Program-made: the position numbers and the translations under genes | Shown here: positions 9,665 to 20,004 of the stretch, piece by piece | How the letters are laid out: each line of letters begins with the position of its first letter | Position numbering within the stretch: the stretch's first letter is position 1 | Assembly (NCBI GenBank): GCA_039936175.1 | Contig: JBDTIV010000017.1 | Location: 4,058-68,057 of the forward strand | Direction: 5' to 3' | Origin: Gemmatimonadaceae bacterium | GTDB lineage: Bacteria > Gemmatimonadota > Gemmatimonadetes > Gemmatimonadales > Gemmatimonadaceae | DNA: 64,000 nucleotides | Notes under the pieces: generated by a model | The model's database searches: none | What the model was told of the DNA's origin: nothing | What the model saw: the letters and a program-made list of their open reading frames with translations, nothing else

Positions 9665-9749
9665 TGCTCGGGGCGGGGATCGAACCCGCATGGGAGTATG
9701 TCCCAAGGGATTTTAAGTCCCTCGCGTCTACCGATTTCGCCACCCGAGC
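9665..9749 (-). tRNA. tRNA-Leu (anticodon TAA), no encoded CCA
   Basis: GCTCGGGTGGCGAAATCGGTAGACGCGAGGGACTTAAAATCCCT...GCGGGTTCGATCCCCGCCCCGAGCA; acceptor stem pairs, long variable arm, TTCGA T-loop. Confidence 0.95.
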
Positions 9750-9801
9750 GGGTGAGGACGCGGCACCATTGCTGGCCGACACCGACCCCGAAAGAAAGCG
9801 A

Positions 9802-9874
9802 AGCGGGAAACGGGACTCGAACCCGCGACCCCAACCTTGGCAAGGTTGTGCTCTACCAACTGAGCTATTCCCGC
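9802..9874 (-). tRNA. tRNA-Gly (anticodon GCC), no encoded CCA
   Basis: GCGGGAATAGCTCAGTTGGTAGAGCACAACCTTGCCAAGGTTGGGGTCGCGGGTTCGAGTCCCGTTTCCCGCT. Confidence 0.97.
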
Positions 9875-9885
9875 AAGCAACGACA

Positions 9886-9913
9886 AAAGTAACCCGGATT
9901 GTCAAGTTGGCAA
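9886..9913 (-). promoter_or_regulatory. putative sigma70 promoter of the tRNA pair
   Basis: Minus strand TTGCCA-N16-TACTTT ending 11 nt before tRNA-Gly; a TTGACA also lies within the spacer. Confidence 0.45.
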
Positions 9914-10009
9914 AACCTCTGACCGAATGATAACGTCCTCCGCGACAGCGTACGTCCCCAAGCCACTGACGAGCGCCCCCTCTGCCTCTTCACATTGTCG
10001 CGAGATGTC

Positions 10010-11704
10010 ATGCAGCGTCGTTTGGTAAGGTTTTGCCTCTTGGCAGCTATTCTGCTCCCGGTTGGGTTCCCCGCCTCCGCCGGCGGCCAGCGAGTCCTGG
10101 GTGTTGGCGATGACGCCCTGGTACTGCCGCGCGGAGTGTTTCGATTTCGGACTCTCAGCCAGTGGACGACCTTCAACGAGCGTTACGGCATGAACACACC
10201 GGGGCGGCCCGACGGCGCCCTGGAGCCGCTGGGCGCCGATTTCACTCTCGATACCCTAGGAGTACGGCAGTTGCCGAGTCTGGCCGTCGTTCAGAGCGGC
10301 ATTCAACAGCTCACGCAAAACCCGAACTGGTTTGCAACGCTCGGCAACACCCAGCTGAACATTCGAAACCGCATCGCGACGTTTCCGCTGGTTCTCGAGG
10401 CGGGCCTGTCGAACAGGTTGTCGATCGGCATTCAGGTTCCTTACGTCGTCACGCAGACGTCCGCCTTCTTCAACGTCAATACGACGATGACCGAGGGGAA
10501 TCTCGGCTTCAACCCGGCCCTGACCAATACTTCGGCTCAGAACGTAAATGCGACCTTTCTCGCCCAGTTCACTGCCGCAGCCAACTCGTTGCAGTCATCT
10601 CTCGATGCGTGCGCGGCAAACCCAGGGTCGTCGCCGAACTGCCCCGCGCTAAATGCAAATCGTGCGAATGCGCTGGCACTCATCAACAACTCCAATCGGT
10701 TTGCGGGTGGCGCCGCCGGTCCGACGGGACTCTACACGACCTCACCGTTCGTTCCGATCGTCGGAACGGACGCGCAGCTCAGCATCGAAGCACGCGTAGC
10801 CGCCTTCAGGGCGCTATACCAGCAGTTCGGCGTCAACAGCATTGGCGCGACGACAACCGGTCCCTTCGCCGCACAGAATCGCCTGACGGTGCTCGACGCG
10901 CAGAAAATCCTCACCGATCCCTCGTTCGGTATCGGCGCTGATTCCCTGACTTCGACTCGCCATTCTCACTTTGGCGACATCGATCTCGGCGCGAAATTCT
11001 CCGTGTTCGATTCCTTCGGCAACACGGCGGCGAGGATGTCGCCGCACGGCCTCAACTTCCGAACGGCTATCGGCGGAATCTTCCGCCTTCCCACCAGCCA
11101 GATCGAGTCGCCGGACAACTTTATCGACGTGGGCACCGGTCGCCATGCGAAGGCGGTCGAAGGACGCTGGTTCGGCGATCTGGGGATCGGAAGCCATTTC
11201 TGGCAATCCTTCGTCGTCCGATTCAACAAGCCTTTTGCCGATGATCAAGTGATGCGGATCCTCGACCTGCCGAACGAAGAGCTGGCGCCGACCTTCCGTC
11301 GTCAGACCGTGCATAGACAACTGGGCACGACTTTCGAGTTCGAGACGACGCCGCGTTTCGTCGTCAACGATTTTTTTTCGCTGTCCGCGCAGTACGTGTA
11401 CCGCCACAAAGCTGAGGATCGCTATACCGGTACGTTCACGATCCCCGCCGCCGTAACCGGCTACTCGGACGTCGCCCTCGACGCGTCTACGCTCGACCTG
11501 GAGACTGAGACAAAAGAGCATCGAGTCGGTGGTGGTCTGGCATATTCGAATCTCTATGCGTTCCAGCAGGGGAAAGCGAAAATGCCGTTCGAGGTCACCT
11601 ATCTACACTGGCAGACGGTGAAGGGTTGGGGCGGCAATCAGCCCAAATATTTCACGGATCAGATACAGCTGCGTCTTTACGCGAGGATGTTCGGCGGGAA
11701 ATGA
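10010..11704 (+). CDS. secreted protein, probable outer-membrane beta-barrel of unknown function
   Basis: Signal peptide MQRRLVRFCLLAAILLPVGFPASA; alternating beta-strand segments (LEAGLSNRLSIGIQVPYV, FGDIDLGAKFSVF, QIQLRLYARMF); Asn/Ala-rich insertion with a Cys pair. Confidence 0.7.
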   Translation: MQRRLVRFCLLAAILLPVGFPASAGGQRVLGVGDDALVLPRGVFRFRTLSQWTTFNERYGMNTPGRPDGALEPLGADFTLDTLGVRQLPSLAVVQSGIQQLTQNPNWFATLGNTQLNIRNRIATFPLVLEAGLSNRLSIGIQVPYVVTQTSAFFNVNTTMTEGNLGFNPALTNTSAQNVNATFLAQFTAAANSLQSSLDACAANPGSSPNCPALNANRANALALINNSNRFAGGAAGPTGLYTTSPFVPIVGTDAQLSIEARVAAFRALYQQFGVNSIGATTTGPFAAQNRLTVLDAQKILTDPSFGIGADSLTSTRHSHFGDIDLGAKFSVFDSFGNTAARMSPHGLNFRTAIGGIFRLPTSQIESPDNFIDVGTGRHAKAVEGRWFGDLGIGSHFWQSFVVRFNKPFADDQVMRILDLPNEELAPTFRRQTVHRQLGTTFEFETTPRFVVNDFFSLSAQYVYRHKAEDRYTGTFTIPAAVTGYSDVALDASTLDLETETKEHRVGGGLAYSNLYAFQQGKAKMPFEVTYLHWQTVKGWGGNQPKYFTDQIQLRLYARMFGGK

Positions 11705-11750
11705 TCCTCTTTCTACGAGTGACGGGGAACGCGTAACCAGTACAGCCTTA

Positions 11751-13424
11751 TTACGCCGGAGCCGCTGCGCTCTCCAGTAGCTCTTTCGCGTGAGCCCGGC
11801 TCACCTTGCTCTCTGGGTCACCGCCCAGCATTCGCGCGATCTCGTTCACTCTGCTCGTGCCCTCGAGCACGGAGATATCGGCCGTAGTCACACCGCCCTT
11901 GGCTCCCTTCGCGACCACGATGTGGTGGTGCGCACGCGCGGCGATCTGTGGAAGGTGTGAGATCGCGAAGACCTGATGCTCCTTCGCAACGCGCCTGAGT
12001 GTATCACCAACCTGCAACCCGACGCGCCCGCCAATTCCCGCGTCGACCTCGTCGAAGATGAGTGTGGGCACGCGATCGACGCCCGCGAGAATTGTTTTGA
12101 GAGCGAGCATCACGCGCGACAGCTCGCCGCCTGATGCAACCCGCGCCAACGGTCGCTCTTCGTGGCCGACGTTCAACGCCACGCGGAACTCGACGTCTTC
12201 GGCGCCATCCGACGTCGGCTCGTCGCGGGCAACGAGCGCGACCGAAAGGCGACCATCGGGCATCCCGAGCTGCGGCAGCAGAGAATCGACGGACTTGGCG
12301 AGTTTCTTCGCCGCAGTCGTTCGCAGCTCGGAAAGGTTTTCCGCTTCTTCGATCAGTCTCCTACGAGTCTCGGTTTCTCGTGTGGTGAGATTGGCCAGAT
12401 CGAACTGCGCGGTATCGATCAGATCCAGCTCACCACGTGCGGAGCGTCCCGCCTCCAGCACATCGTTGAGCGTCGGGCCGTACTTCTTGAGGAGGCCGAA
12501 CAGCCGGTCGCGCCGCTGGCGAACCTCCTCCAGCCGGGCGGGATCGAGGTCCACCGATCCGGCGTAGTCTTCGACACTGCGCGCCAGCTCCTGCAGCGCG
12601 TAAAAGCCCGCGTCAAAAAGCTCCTGCATGCGAGCGGCGGCCGGATCGATTCGCTCGATTGCGGTGAGGGGACGCTGCGCGTGGCCAAGCTGGGTGAGCA
12701 CGCTGGCCTCGTCTCCGGAGAGAAGCTCGTTGAGGCTGATCGCAAGAGTACGAAGCTCGTCGGCATTCTCGAGTACGCGCGCTTCATCCTCGAGCTTTGC
12801 ATCTTCGCCGGGCGACACGCGTGCGTCTTCTATTTCCTTCGCGACGTGCTTCAGGTAGTCCGCGCGTTTCTCCGCCTCGGCCCGTCGAGCTGACAGCACA
12901 GAAATCTCGCGACGAACGGCCGCGAGTTCGCCGAAGGTGCTGCGCACGAGCGCGGCCTGCACCTCCGCGGTGCCGAAGGCGTCGAGTATCTCCCGCTGTG
13001 ATTGGGTGTCGAGAAGCGTCTGTGCGTCGTGCTGCCCGTGCAGGTTCACGAGATGTCGGCCGATCTCGGCGAGAACTGTCGCGGTTACCGGGGCGCCATT
13101 GATCCACGCGCGCCCTCTGCCATTCGCTGCGATCTCGCGCTTCAGCACGAGAGTGTCGTCCTCGACTTCGATTCCGCGCTCGTCGGCGATTACTGCGATT
13201 CCATAGACATTGGAGACGTCGAAGACACCCTCGACGGTGGCCTTCTCGGCGCCGGTGCGAATCAGATCCGCGCTGGCGCGCTCACCGAGCAACAGCCCGA
13301 GCGCGCCAACGATGATGGATTTGCCGGCGCCGGTTTCGCCCGAAAGCACGTTGAAGCCTTCGCCGAGAGGAAGCGTCACCGATTCGATGATCGCGAAGTT
13401 GCGGATTCTGAGCTCCGTAAGCAT
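11751..13424 (-). CDS. recN: DNA repair protein RecN
   Basis: MLTELRIRNFAII, SGETGAGKS, HGQH, ASGGELSRVMLA, IFDEVDAGIGG, SHLPQIAA; ATG 13424 overlaps the nadK stop. Confidence 0.97.
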   Translation of the reverse strand: MLTELRIRNFAIIESVTLPLGEGFNVLSGETGAGKSIIVGALGLLLGERASADLIRTGAEKATVEGVFDVSNVYGIAVIADERGIEVEDDTLVLKREIAANGRGRAWINGAPVTATVLAEIGRHLVNLHGQHDAQTLLDTQSQREILDAFGTAEVQAALVRSTFGELAAVRREISVLSARRAEAEKRADYLKHVAKEIEDARVSPGEDAKLEDEARVLENADELRTLAISLNELLSGDEASVLTQLGHAQRPLTAIERIDPAAARMQELFDAGFYALQELARSVEDYAGSVDLDPARLEEVRQRRDRLFGLLKKYGPTLNDVLEAGRSARGELDLIDTAQFDLANLTTRETETRRRLIEEAENLSELRTTAAKKLAKSVDSLLPQLGMPDGRLSVALVARDEPTSDGAEDVEFRVALNVGHEERPLARVASGGELSRVMLALKTILAGVDRVPTLIFDEVDAGIGGRVGLQVGDTLRRVAKEHQVFAISHLPQIAARAHHHIVVAKGAKGGVTTADISVLEGTSRVNEIARMLGGDPESKVSRAHAKELLESAAAPA

Positions 13425-14293
13425 CAGGACCCCAAATCCCTCTCGGCGGGCAGCCCTCCCCATCCGAGCTTGACTCTCATGCGCTCAAAGAACGTCGCTC
13501 CCGGAAACCGAACGATGCGCACCGGGCTGTCGGCTCTTCTCACCTTCAGTTTTTCGCCTTTCACGAAACTCGTTCCCACCTGGCCGTCTACGGTCACTAG
13601 AAGCTCGGTCGGACTTTCGTTGGCCTCGATCGTGACCTCCGCATCCGCGGGAATAATCAGGGAGCGGATGGCGAGAGTGTGCGGCGAAACCGGCGTAATG
13701 ACGATCGATTCCAGCGTCGGGACGACGACCGGACCGCCAGCGGAGAGACTATATGCCGTTGAGCCCGTCGGAGTCGAGATCACGATTCCGTCAGCGGCGT
13801 AGGTGCCGATGCTTTCGTCGTCGACGAAGACGTTGAGCCGCACGACTCGCGCGAAGCCGCCCTTGTGCAGAACAAAATCGTTGAGCGCCCTCCACTGCTT
13901 ACGGACCTGACCAGTCTGGTCGATCGCTCTGGCGGAAAGCGCCATTCTCGGCTGCGCGACGTAGTCGCCGCTGGCGAGATTTCTGAGGGCGGCCTCGAAA
14001 TCCTCGCTCTGACAGCTCGTCAGAAAGCCGAGCCTGCCCAGGTTTACGCCGAGTATGGGAATGTCCTTTCCGTCGAGAAATCGCGCGCCGCGAAGCAGCG
14101 TCCCGTCGCCACCAAGCGTCACGAGCGCATCAAGCTGAGACGGGTTTTCCAGCCGCCCGCCTTTGCCGGCCACCTCGTGCAGGCCTTGCTCGAGGAACGG
14201 CTCGATCGTGAGCTCCGGCGCAAGACGAAAGAGCGTGCGCAGAATTCCCGGCAGCTCTTCGTATCCTTGATGTCCGACGACACCAAGACGCAT
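13424..14293 (-). CDS. nadK: NAD(+) kinase
   Basis: Motifs LGGDGTLL, GRLGFL, ALND, DGIVISTPTGSTAYSLSAGGP. Confidence 0.96.
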   Translation of the reverse strand: MRLGVVGHQGYEELPGILRTLFRLAPELTIEPFLEQGLHEVAGKGGRLENPSQLDALVTLGGDGTLLRGARFLDGKDIPILGVNLGRLGFLTSCQSEDFEAALRNLASGDYVAQPRMALSARAIDQTGQVRKQWRALNDFVLHKGGFARVVRLNVFVDDESIGTYAADGIVISTPTGSTAYSLSAGGPVVVPTLESIVITPVSPHTLAIRSLIIPADAEVTIEANESPTELLVTVDGQVGTSFVKGEKLKVRRADSPVRIVRFPGATFFERMRVKLGWGGLPAERDLGS

Positions 14294-16227
14294 CAGACGG
14301 CGCGGAGGTGAGTGCCCCGGACGCTCTCGAGTCCGAATGAAGCGCTCGTGCGCTGCGCGATTCCGCGGGCGTCGAGGCCGAGCATCGCCAGCTGCTTGGC
14401 CCGAGGTGCCTGATCGATGAAGTCGTCGGGCACTCCGTGAGGGACGACCTTCACCGACGCGTCCATCTCTCCAATCACCGCGGCCATGTGCGCACCAAAT
14501 CCATTCACCACGGTCCCCTCTTCGACGACGAGGATATTGCGGTGCTCCCGAATGATGTCGCGAAGCGTCTCTTCATCGTGCGGCTTGAGATAACGACAAT
14601 TCACAACCGTCACGCTGGAACCGTTGTCCGCGAGGATCTCGGCGGCGGACAACGCGGAAAGAACCATGGTGCCGACAGCGAGAATCGCGACGGCCTTGTC
14701 GGGATCTCTCCCCGCGCTACCACTCCGGCGCAAAATCTCCCAGGACGCGTGTGGCACGCGCTCGATCTCGCTCGCCGGCGGAACGATGTCCGGCGTCGCG
14801 TCCCGCGGATAACGGAGACAGAATGGACCGCCGTCGTGGGCAAGTCCGCTTCTGAGCAGCGCGATCATCTCCTTCCCGTTCATCGGCGCGGTGACCACCA
14901 TCCCGGGCACGGCGAGCATATACGCAATGTCGTACAGGCCCATATGCGTCGGCCCATCTTCTCCTACCAGACCGGCGCGATCCATCGCAAAGACCACCGG
15001 AAGGTGCTGGATCGCGACATCGTGTATGACGTTGTCGTATGCCCGCTGGAGGAAGGTGGAATAGATCGCGCAAACCGGACGAATCCCTTCTGTGGCTAGA
15101 CCCGCGGCAAACGTCACGGCGTGTCCCTCGGCGATACCGACATCGAAAAAGCGATCCGGGTAGGTCTTGGCGAAGGCACTCGTCCCCGTTCCGCTCGGCA
15201 TCGCGCCGGTGATGGCAACGAGCTTCGGATTCTCTCTCGCCAGCTCGAGCAGTGCGGTTCCGAACACCGCGGTGTAGGCCGTGTTCGCCGCCGACACCTT
15301 TCTTTGCTTGCCAGTCGCCGGGTCGTGGCCAGGCGGAAGCGCGTGCCACTTCTCGATGTGCTCGCCCGCCGGGAATCCTTTCCCTTTCTGGGTGATGCAG
15401 TGGATCAGCCGAGGGCCACTCAATTCTTTAACGGCGGCAAAAGTGTCCATCAGCGCATCGATGTCGTGCCCATCGATCGGCCCGAAGTAGCGAAAGCCGA
15501 GCTCCTCGAAGAGAACTCCCGGAGTGAGAAAGGACTTCATGCTCTCTTCCCACTTTCTCACGATGTGCCCAACGGCGGAAAGCGGCCCGGGAGCGGAGTC
15601 CATCACGGAGCCGATCGCCGATCTCACGCGGTTGTACAGCGGATTCCGCTGGATCGAAGTGAGATATTTCGACATCGCGCCGACGTTGGGCGCAATCGAC
15701 ATCTCGTTGTCGTTCAGTATGACGATGAAATCGCGCTCCGACGCTCCGGCATTGTTCAGCCCTTCATACGCCAAACCGCAGGTGAGCGCGCCATCTCCCA
15801 GTATCGAGACGACCTTGAAGTCCTGTCCATTGAGGTCGCGAGCCACCGCCATGCCATAGCCGGCGGAGATCGCCGTGCCGGCGTGACCGGCTCCGAACGT
15901 GTCGTAGTCGCTCTCGGTGCGCTTGAGAAATCCGGAGAGCCCGCCTTCCTGCCGAAGCGTCTCGATCCGGGGGCCGCGTCCCGTAACCAGCTTGTGAGGA
16001 TAGCCCTGATGCCCGACGTCCCAGACGATCTTGTCGCGTGGAGTGTCGAACACCGCGTGAAGGGCAACGGTCAGCTCGACGACCCCGAGGCCAGCTCCGA
16101 TGTGTCCGCCGGTGCGCGAGCAGACCTCGATGAGCCGCGAGCGCATCTCGTCCGAAACGACGCGCAGCTCGTCGCGAGTCAGCGGCTTGAGGTCCGCGGG
16201 CGAACTGATGCTATCGAGAATTGACAT
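14293..16227 (-). CDS. dxs: 1-deoxy-D-xylulose-5-phosphate synthase
   Basis: Motifs GGHIGAGLGVVELT, WDVGHQ, GDGALT..NDNEMSI, DVGIAE, YSTFLQRAYD, DRAGLVGEDGPTH. Confidence 0.97.
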   Translation of the reverse strand: MSILDSISSPADLKPLTRDELRVVSDEMRSRLIEVCSRTGGHIGAGLGVVELTVALHAVFDTPRDKIVWDVGHQGYPHKLVTGRGPRIETLRQEGGLSGFLKRTESDYDTFGAGHAGTAISAGYGMAVARDLNGQDFKVVSILGDGALTCGLAYEGLNNAGASERDFIVILNDNEMSIAPNVGAMSKYLTSIQRNPLYNRVRSAIGSVMDSAPGPLSAVGHIVRKWEESMKSFLTPGVLFEELGFRYFGPIDGHDIDALMDTFAAVKELSGPRLIHCITQKGKGFPAGEHIEKWHALPPGHDPATGKQRKVSAANTAYTAVFGTALLELARENPKLVAITGAMPSGTGTSAFAKTYPDRFFDVGIAEGHAVTFAAGLATEGIRPVCAIYSTFLQRAYDNVIHDVAIQHLPVVFAMDRAGLVGEDGPTHMGLYDIAYMLAVPGMVVTAPMNGKEMIALLRSGLAHDGGPFCLRYPRDATPDIVPPASEIERVPHASWEILRRSGSAGRDPDKAVAILAVGTMVLSALSAAEILADNGSSVTVVNCRYLKPHDEETLRDIIREHRNILVVEEGTVVNGFGAHMAAVIGEMDASVKVVPHGVPDDFIDQAPRAKQLAMLGLDARGIAQRTSASFGLESVRGTHLRAV

Positions 16228-16240
16228 TTCTGGGGGCTGT

Positions 16241-17125
16241 TCAGGACGTGCGTGTGACTATGAAATTAGCGACTTGGGACAGCTCGTGCGTGAGCAGATT
16301 CTGCTCCGCCAGCGCCTGCAAACCGTCGTCAATGTGGGCCTGGGCCCTCGCTCTGGCGCCCTCGACTCCCATGAGCGCCGGATAGGTACTCTTGCCGAGC
16401 GCGACATCCCGTCCGGTCATCTTACCCAACGCGCCCGTGGTCGACGTCACATCGAGGACATCATCCATTATCTGGAACGAAAGACCTATCGCGCGGCCAA
16501 AGCGCGCGAGGGCTTCAAGTACGGGCGCCTGGGCATTAGCAGCGAGCGCCCCCATTCGCAACGACGCGCCTATCAGCGCACCAGTCTTGGTCGCGTGAAT
16601 TCCTTCACGCTCCTTCAGCGAGAGCGACAGGCCCTCGCCCGCCAGATCCCTCGCCTGACCGCCGATCATGCCTGACACGCCTCCGCCTTCGACCAGGGCG
16701 CGCAGAATGGCGTCCCTCGTATTGGCGGAAAGCCCCATTTTGCGCGCGGCATCCCGAACCACAAGTGCGGCGATCGGAATCATCGCTACACCCGCGAGTA
16801 TCGCGGTTCGCGATCCATAGACCCTGTGGACCGTGGGTCGCCCGCGACGCATATCGTCGTCGTCCATGCATGGTAGATCGTCGTGGACCAGTGAGTAGGC
16901 GTGGATTACCTCAAGGGCGCAAGCGAGATGAGCCGGATCGCCGGCGCCACCGGCGGCTCGGTATGCGTACACCACCAGCAGCGGGCGAATCCTCTTGCCG
17001 GGGCTCTTCAACCCGTAGCGAATGGCCTCGCCGATAGCGGTCGGCAACGGCGGGAGGTATGCGTCGCAGATCTCATCGAGCCGACGCTCGATGGCCTCGC
17101 GATCCGCCCCGAAGGCCCCCGCCAC
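16241..17125 (-). CDS. ispA: polyprenyl (farnesyl/geranylgeranyl) diphosphate synthase
   Basis: GKRIRP, HAYSLVHDDLPCMDDDDMRRGRPT, FQIMDDVLD, KSTYP; likely GTG start at 17125 just after the xseB stop. Confidence 0.92.
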   Translation of the reverse strand: MAGAFGADREAIERRLDEICDAYLPPLPTAIGEAIRYGLKSPGKRIRPLLVVYAYRAAGGAGDPAHLACALEVIHAYSLVHDDLPCMDDDDMRRGRPTVHRVYGSRTAILAGVAMIPIAALVVRDAARKMGLSANTRDAILRALVEGGGVSGMIGGQARDLAGEGLSLSLKEREGIHATKTGALIGASLRMGALAANAQAPVLEALARFGRAIGLSFQIMDDVLDVTSTTGALGKMTGRDVALGKSTYPALMGVEGARARAQAHIDDGLQALAEQNLLTHELSQVANFIVTRTS

Positions 17126-17129
17126 TTCT

Positions 17130-17342
17130 CTAGAGATCCATCTCCCGAAGCTCAAAACCTCCGTCGGATTTCTCGAGCAGCATCTGCACGCGCGTCTCCG
17201 CGCGGCCGAGCTCGGTCGAGGCCGTTCGAAGAAGCTCGACCCCTTCCTCGAACAGCTTGAGCGAGGCGTCGAGCCCAACCTGCTGGTCCTCGAGAGCCGC
17301 GAGGATCTCTTCGAGGCGGCGTAAACTTGTTTCGAAGTTCAT
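17130..17342 (-). CDS. xseB: exodeoxyribonuclease VII small subunit
   Basis: MNFETSLRRLEEILAALE...LDASLKLFEEGVEL...AETRVQML; conserved xseB-ispA-dxs order. Confidence 0.92.
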   Translation of the reverse strand: MNFETSLRRLEEILAALEDQQVGLDASLKLFEEGVELLRTASTELGRAETRVQMLLEKSDGGFELREMDL

Positions 17343-17392
17343 GTGGATATGAGCGGATGGGCGGGCGTTTGTTCGCCCAACAATATTACCGC

Positions 17393-17421
17393 TTGACGTG
17401 CGGACCAATCTGCTATAACCT
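17393..17421 (+). promoter_or_regulatory. putative sigma70 promoter of the sahR-ahcY operon
   Basis: TTGACG-N17-TAACCT; an overlapping TGnTATAAC extended -10 is also present. Confidence 0.6.
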
Positions 17422-17443
17422 TCAATCCGGATGAACGGATTGA
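17422..17443. promoter_or_regulatory. palindromic operator, probable SahR autoregulatory site
   Basis: Perfect inverted repeat TCAATCCG-N6-CGGATTGA between the -10 box and the start codon of the ArsR-methyltransferase regulator. Confidence 0.7.
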
Positions 17444-17447
17444 TGCT

Positions 17448-18446
17448 TTGAAGCCGACGCCCCTATTCGGGCAGATGACGGCCCTCGCGGACCCCACGAG
17501 GAGCAGGCTGCTGCTCGCCCTCGAGCGAAACGAGCTCAGCGTCAATGAGCTTCGCGCCATCATGCAGCTGCCGCAGTCGACCATCAGCCGCCATCTCAAG
17601 ATGTTGAGCGCTGAAGGTTGGGTCGAAGCCCGGGCGGAAGGAACGAGCCGTCACTACAGAATCGCAACCGATTCCCTCGACACCTCCACTCGACGGCTCT
17701 GGCAACTCGTTCGGGACGAGGTCGTGCACACGGCGGCGGCAGAGCACGATGCCCGACGTACGCAGGCGGTGTTGGCCGAGCGTAGCACGAGGTCTCAACA
17801 GTTCTTCACGACTTCCGCCGGCCAGTGGGACAAAATGCGCCTCGACCTCTTTGGACGACGCGCCGATACCGCACTCCTCGGCCTGCTCGACGAGCAGTGG
17901 AAGGTTGCTGACCTCGGCTCCGGAACAGGAGCGATCGCACAGGCAATTGCGCCCTTCGTATCGCAGGTGATTGCCGTCGACGAGTCGAGCGCGATGTTGT
18001 CGGCGGCTCGGAAGCGCCTCCACGGTGTCGAGAATGTCGACATCCGAAATGGACGGCTCGAGTCGCTGCCGCTCGCGGATGGCGAAGTGGATGTCGCGCT
18101 GCTCTTTCTCGTGCTGCACTACGCCTCCGAACCGGCACGCGTGATCGCAGAAGCGGTGCGCGTACTCAAACCGGGCGGGCGACTTCTGGTTCTCGACATG
18201 ATGCCCCACGATCGTCAGGACCTTCGCCAGACAATGGGGCACCTGTGGCAGGGCTTTGACAGCGGAACACTTGGCGGCTGGATGCAGATCGCCGGCCTGG
18301 ACGGCTTTCGCTACAGTACTTTGCCTCCGGATCCGGAAGCAAAAGGTCCGATGCTTTTTGCGGCGACGGCGAAACGAAGTGCCGCTGCCGATCGCAACAC
18401 TTCACGAAAGAAAGCGGACGCGGTTCCGCTCATAAAAACCGCATGA
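17448..18446 (+). CDS. ArsR-family HTH plus class I SAM-binding domain regulator (SahR-like)
   Basis: N-terminal [11 protein letters not shown]...[11 protein letters not shown]; C-terminal [24 protein letters not shown]; directly upstream of ahcY. Confidence 0.88.
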   Translation: MKPTPLFGQMTALADPTRSRLLLALERNELSVNELRAIMQLPQSTISRHLKMLSAEGWVEARAEGTSRHYRIATDSLDTSTRRLWQLVRDEVVHTAAAEHDARRTQAVLAERSTRSQQFFTTSAGQWDKMRLDLFGRRADTALLGLLDEQWKVADLGSGTGAIAQAIAPFVSQVIAVDESSAMLSAARKRLHGVENVDIRNGRLESLPLADGEVDVALLFLVLHYASEPARVIAEAVRVLKPGGRLLVLDMMPHDRQDLRQTMGHLWQGFDSGTLGGWMQIAGLDGFRYSTLPPDPEAKGPMLFAATAKRSAAADRNTSRKKADAVPLIKTA

Positions 18447-18471
18447 CACGCGAACCAACGCAGACCTTCCA

Positions 18472-19974
<1,503 letters not shown>

Positions 19975-20004
19975 CAGCCAATACCTATCTGGCCGTAGCG
20001 GACT

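Noticed and set aside
6122-9665. Genomic island integrated at tRNA-Leu
   Set aside because: No integrase, no duplicated tRNA 3' end noticed and no obvious compositional shift.
9750-9801. Possible tRNA-Cys between tRNA-Gly(GCC) and tRNA-Leu(TAA), as in the common Gly-Cys-Leu cluster
   Set aside because: The spacer is only 52 nt with no TTCGA loop or cloverleaf.
9657-9930. Short ORFs over the tRNA region
   Set aside because: They are translations of the tRNA-Gly and tRNA-Leu genes.
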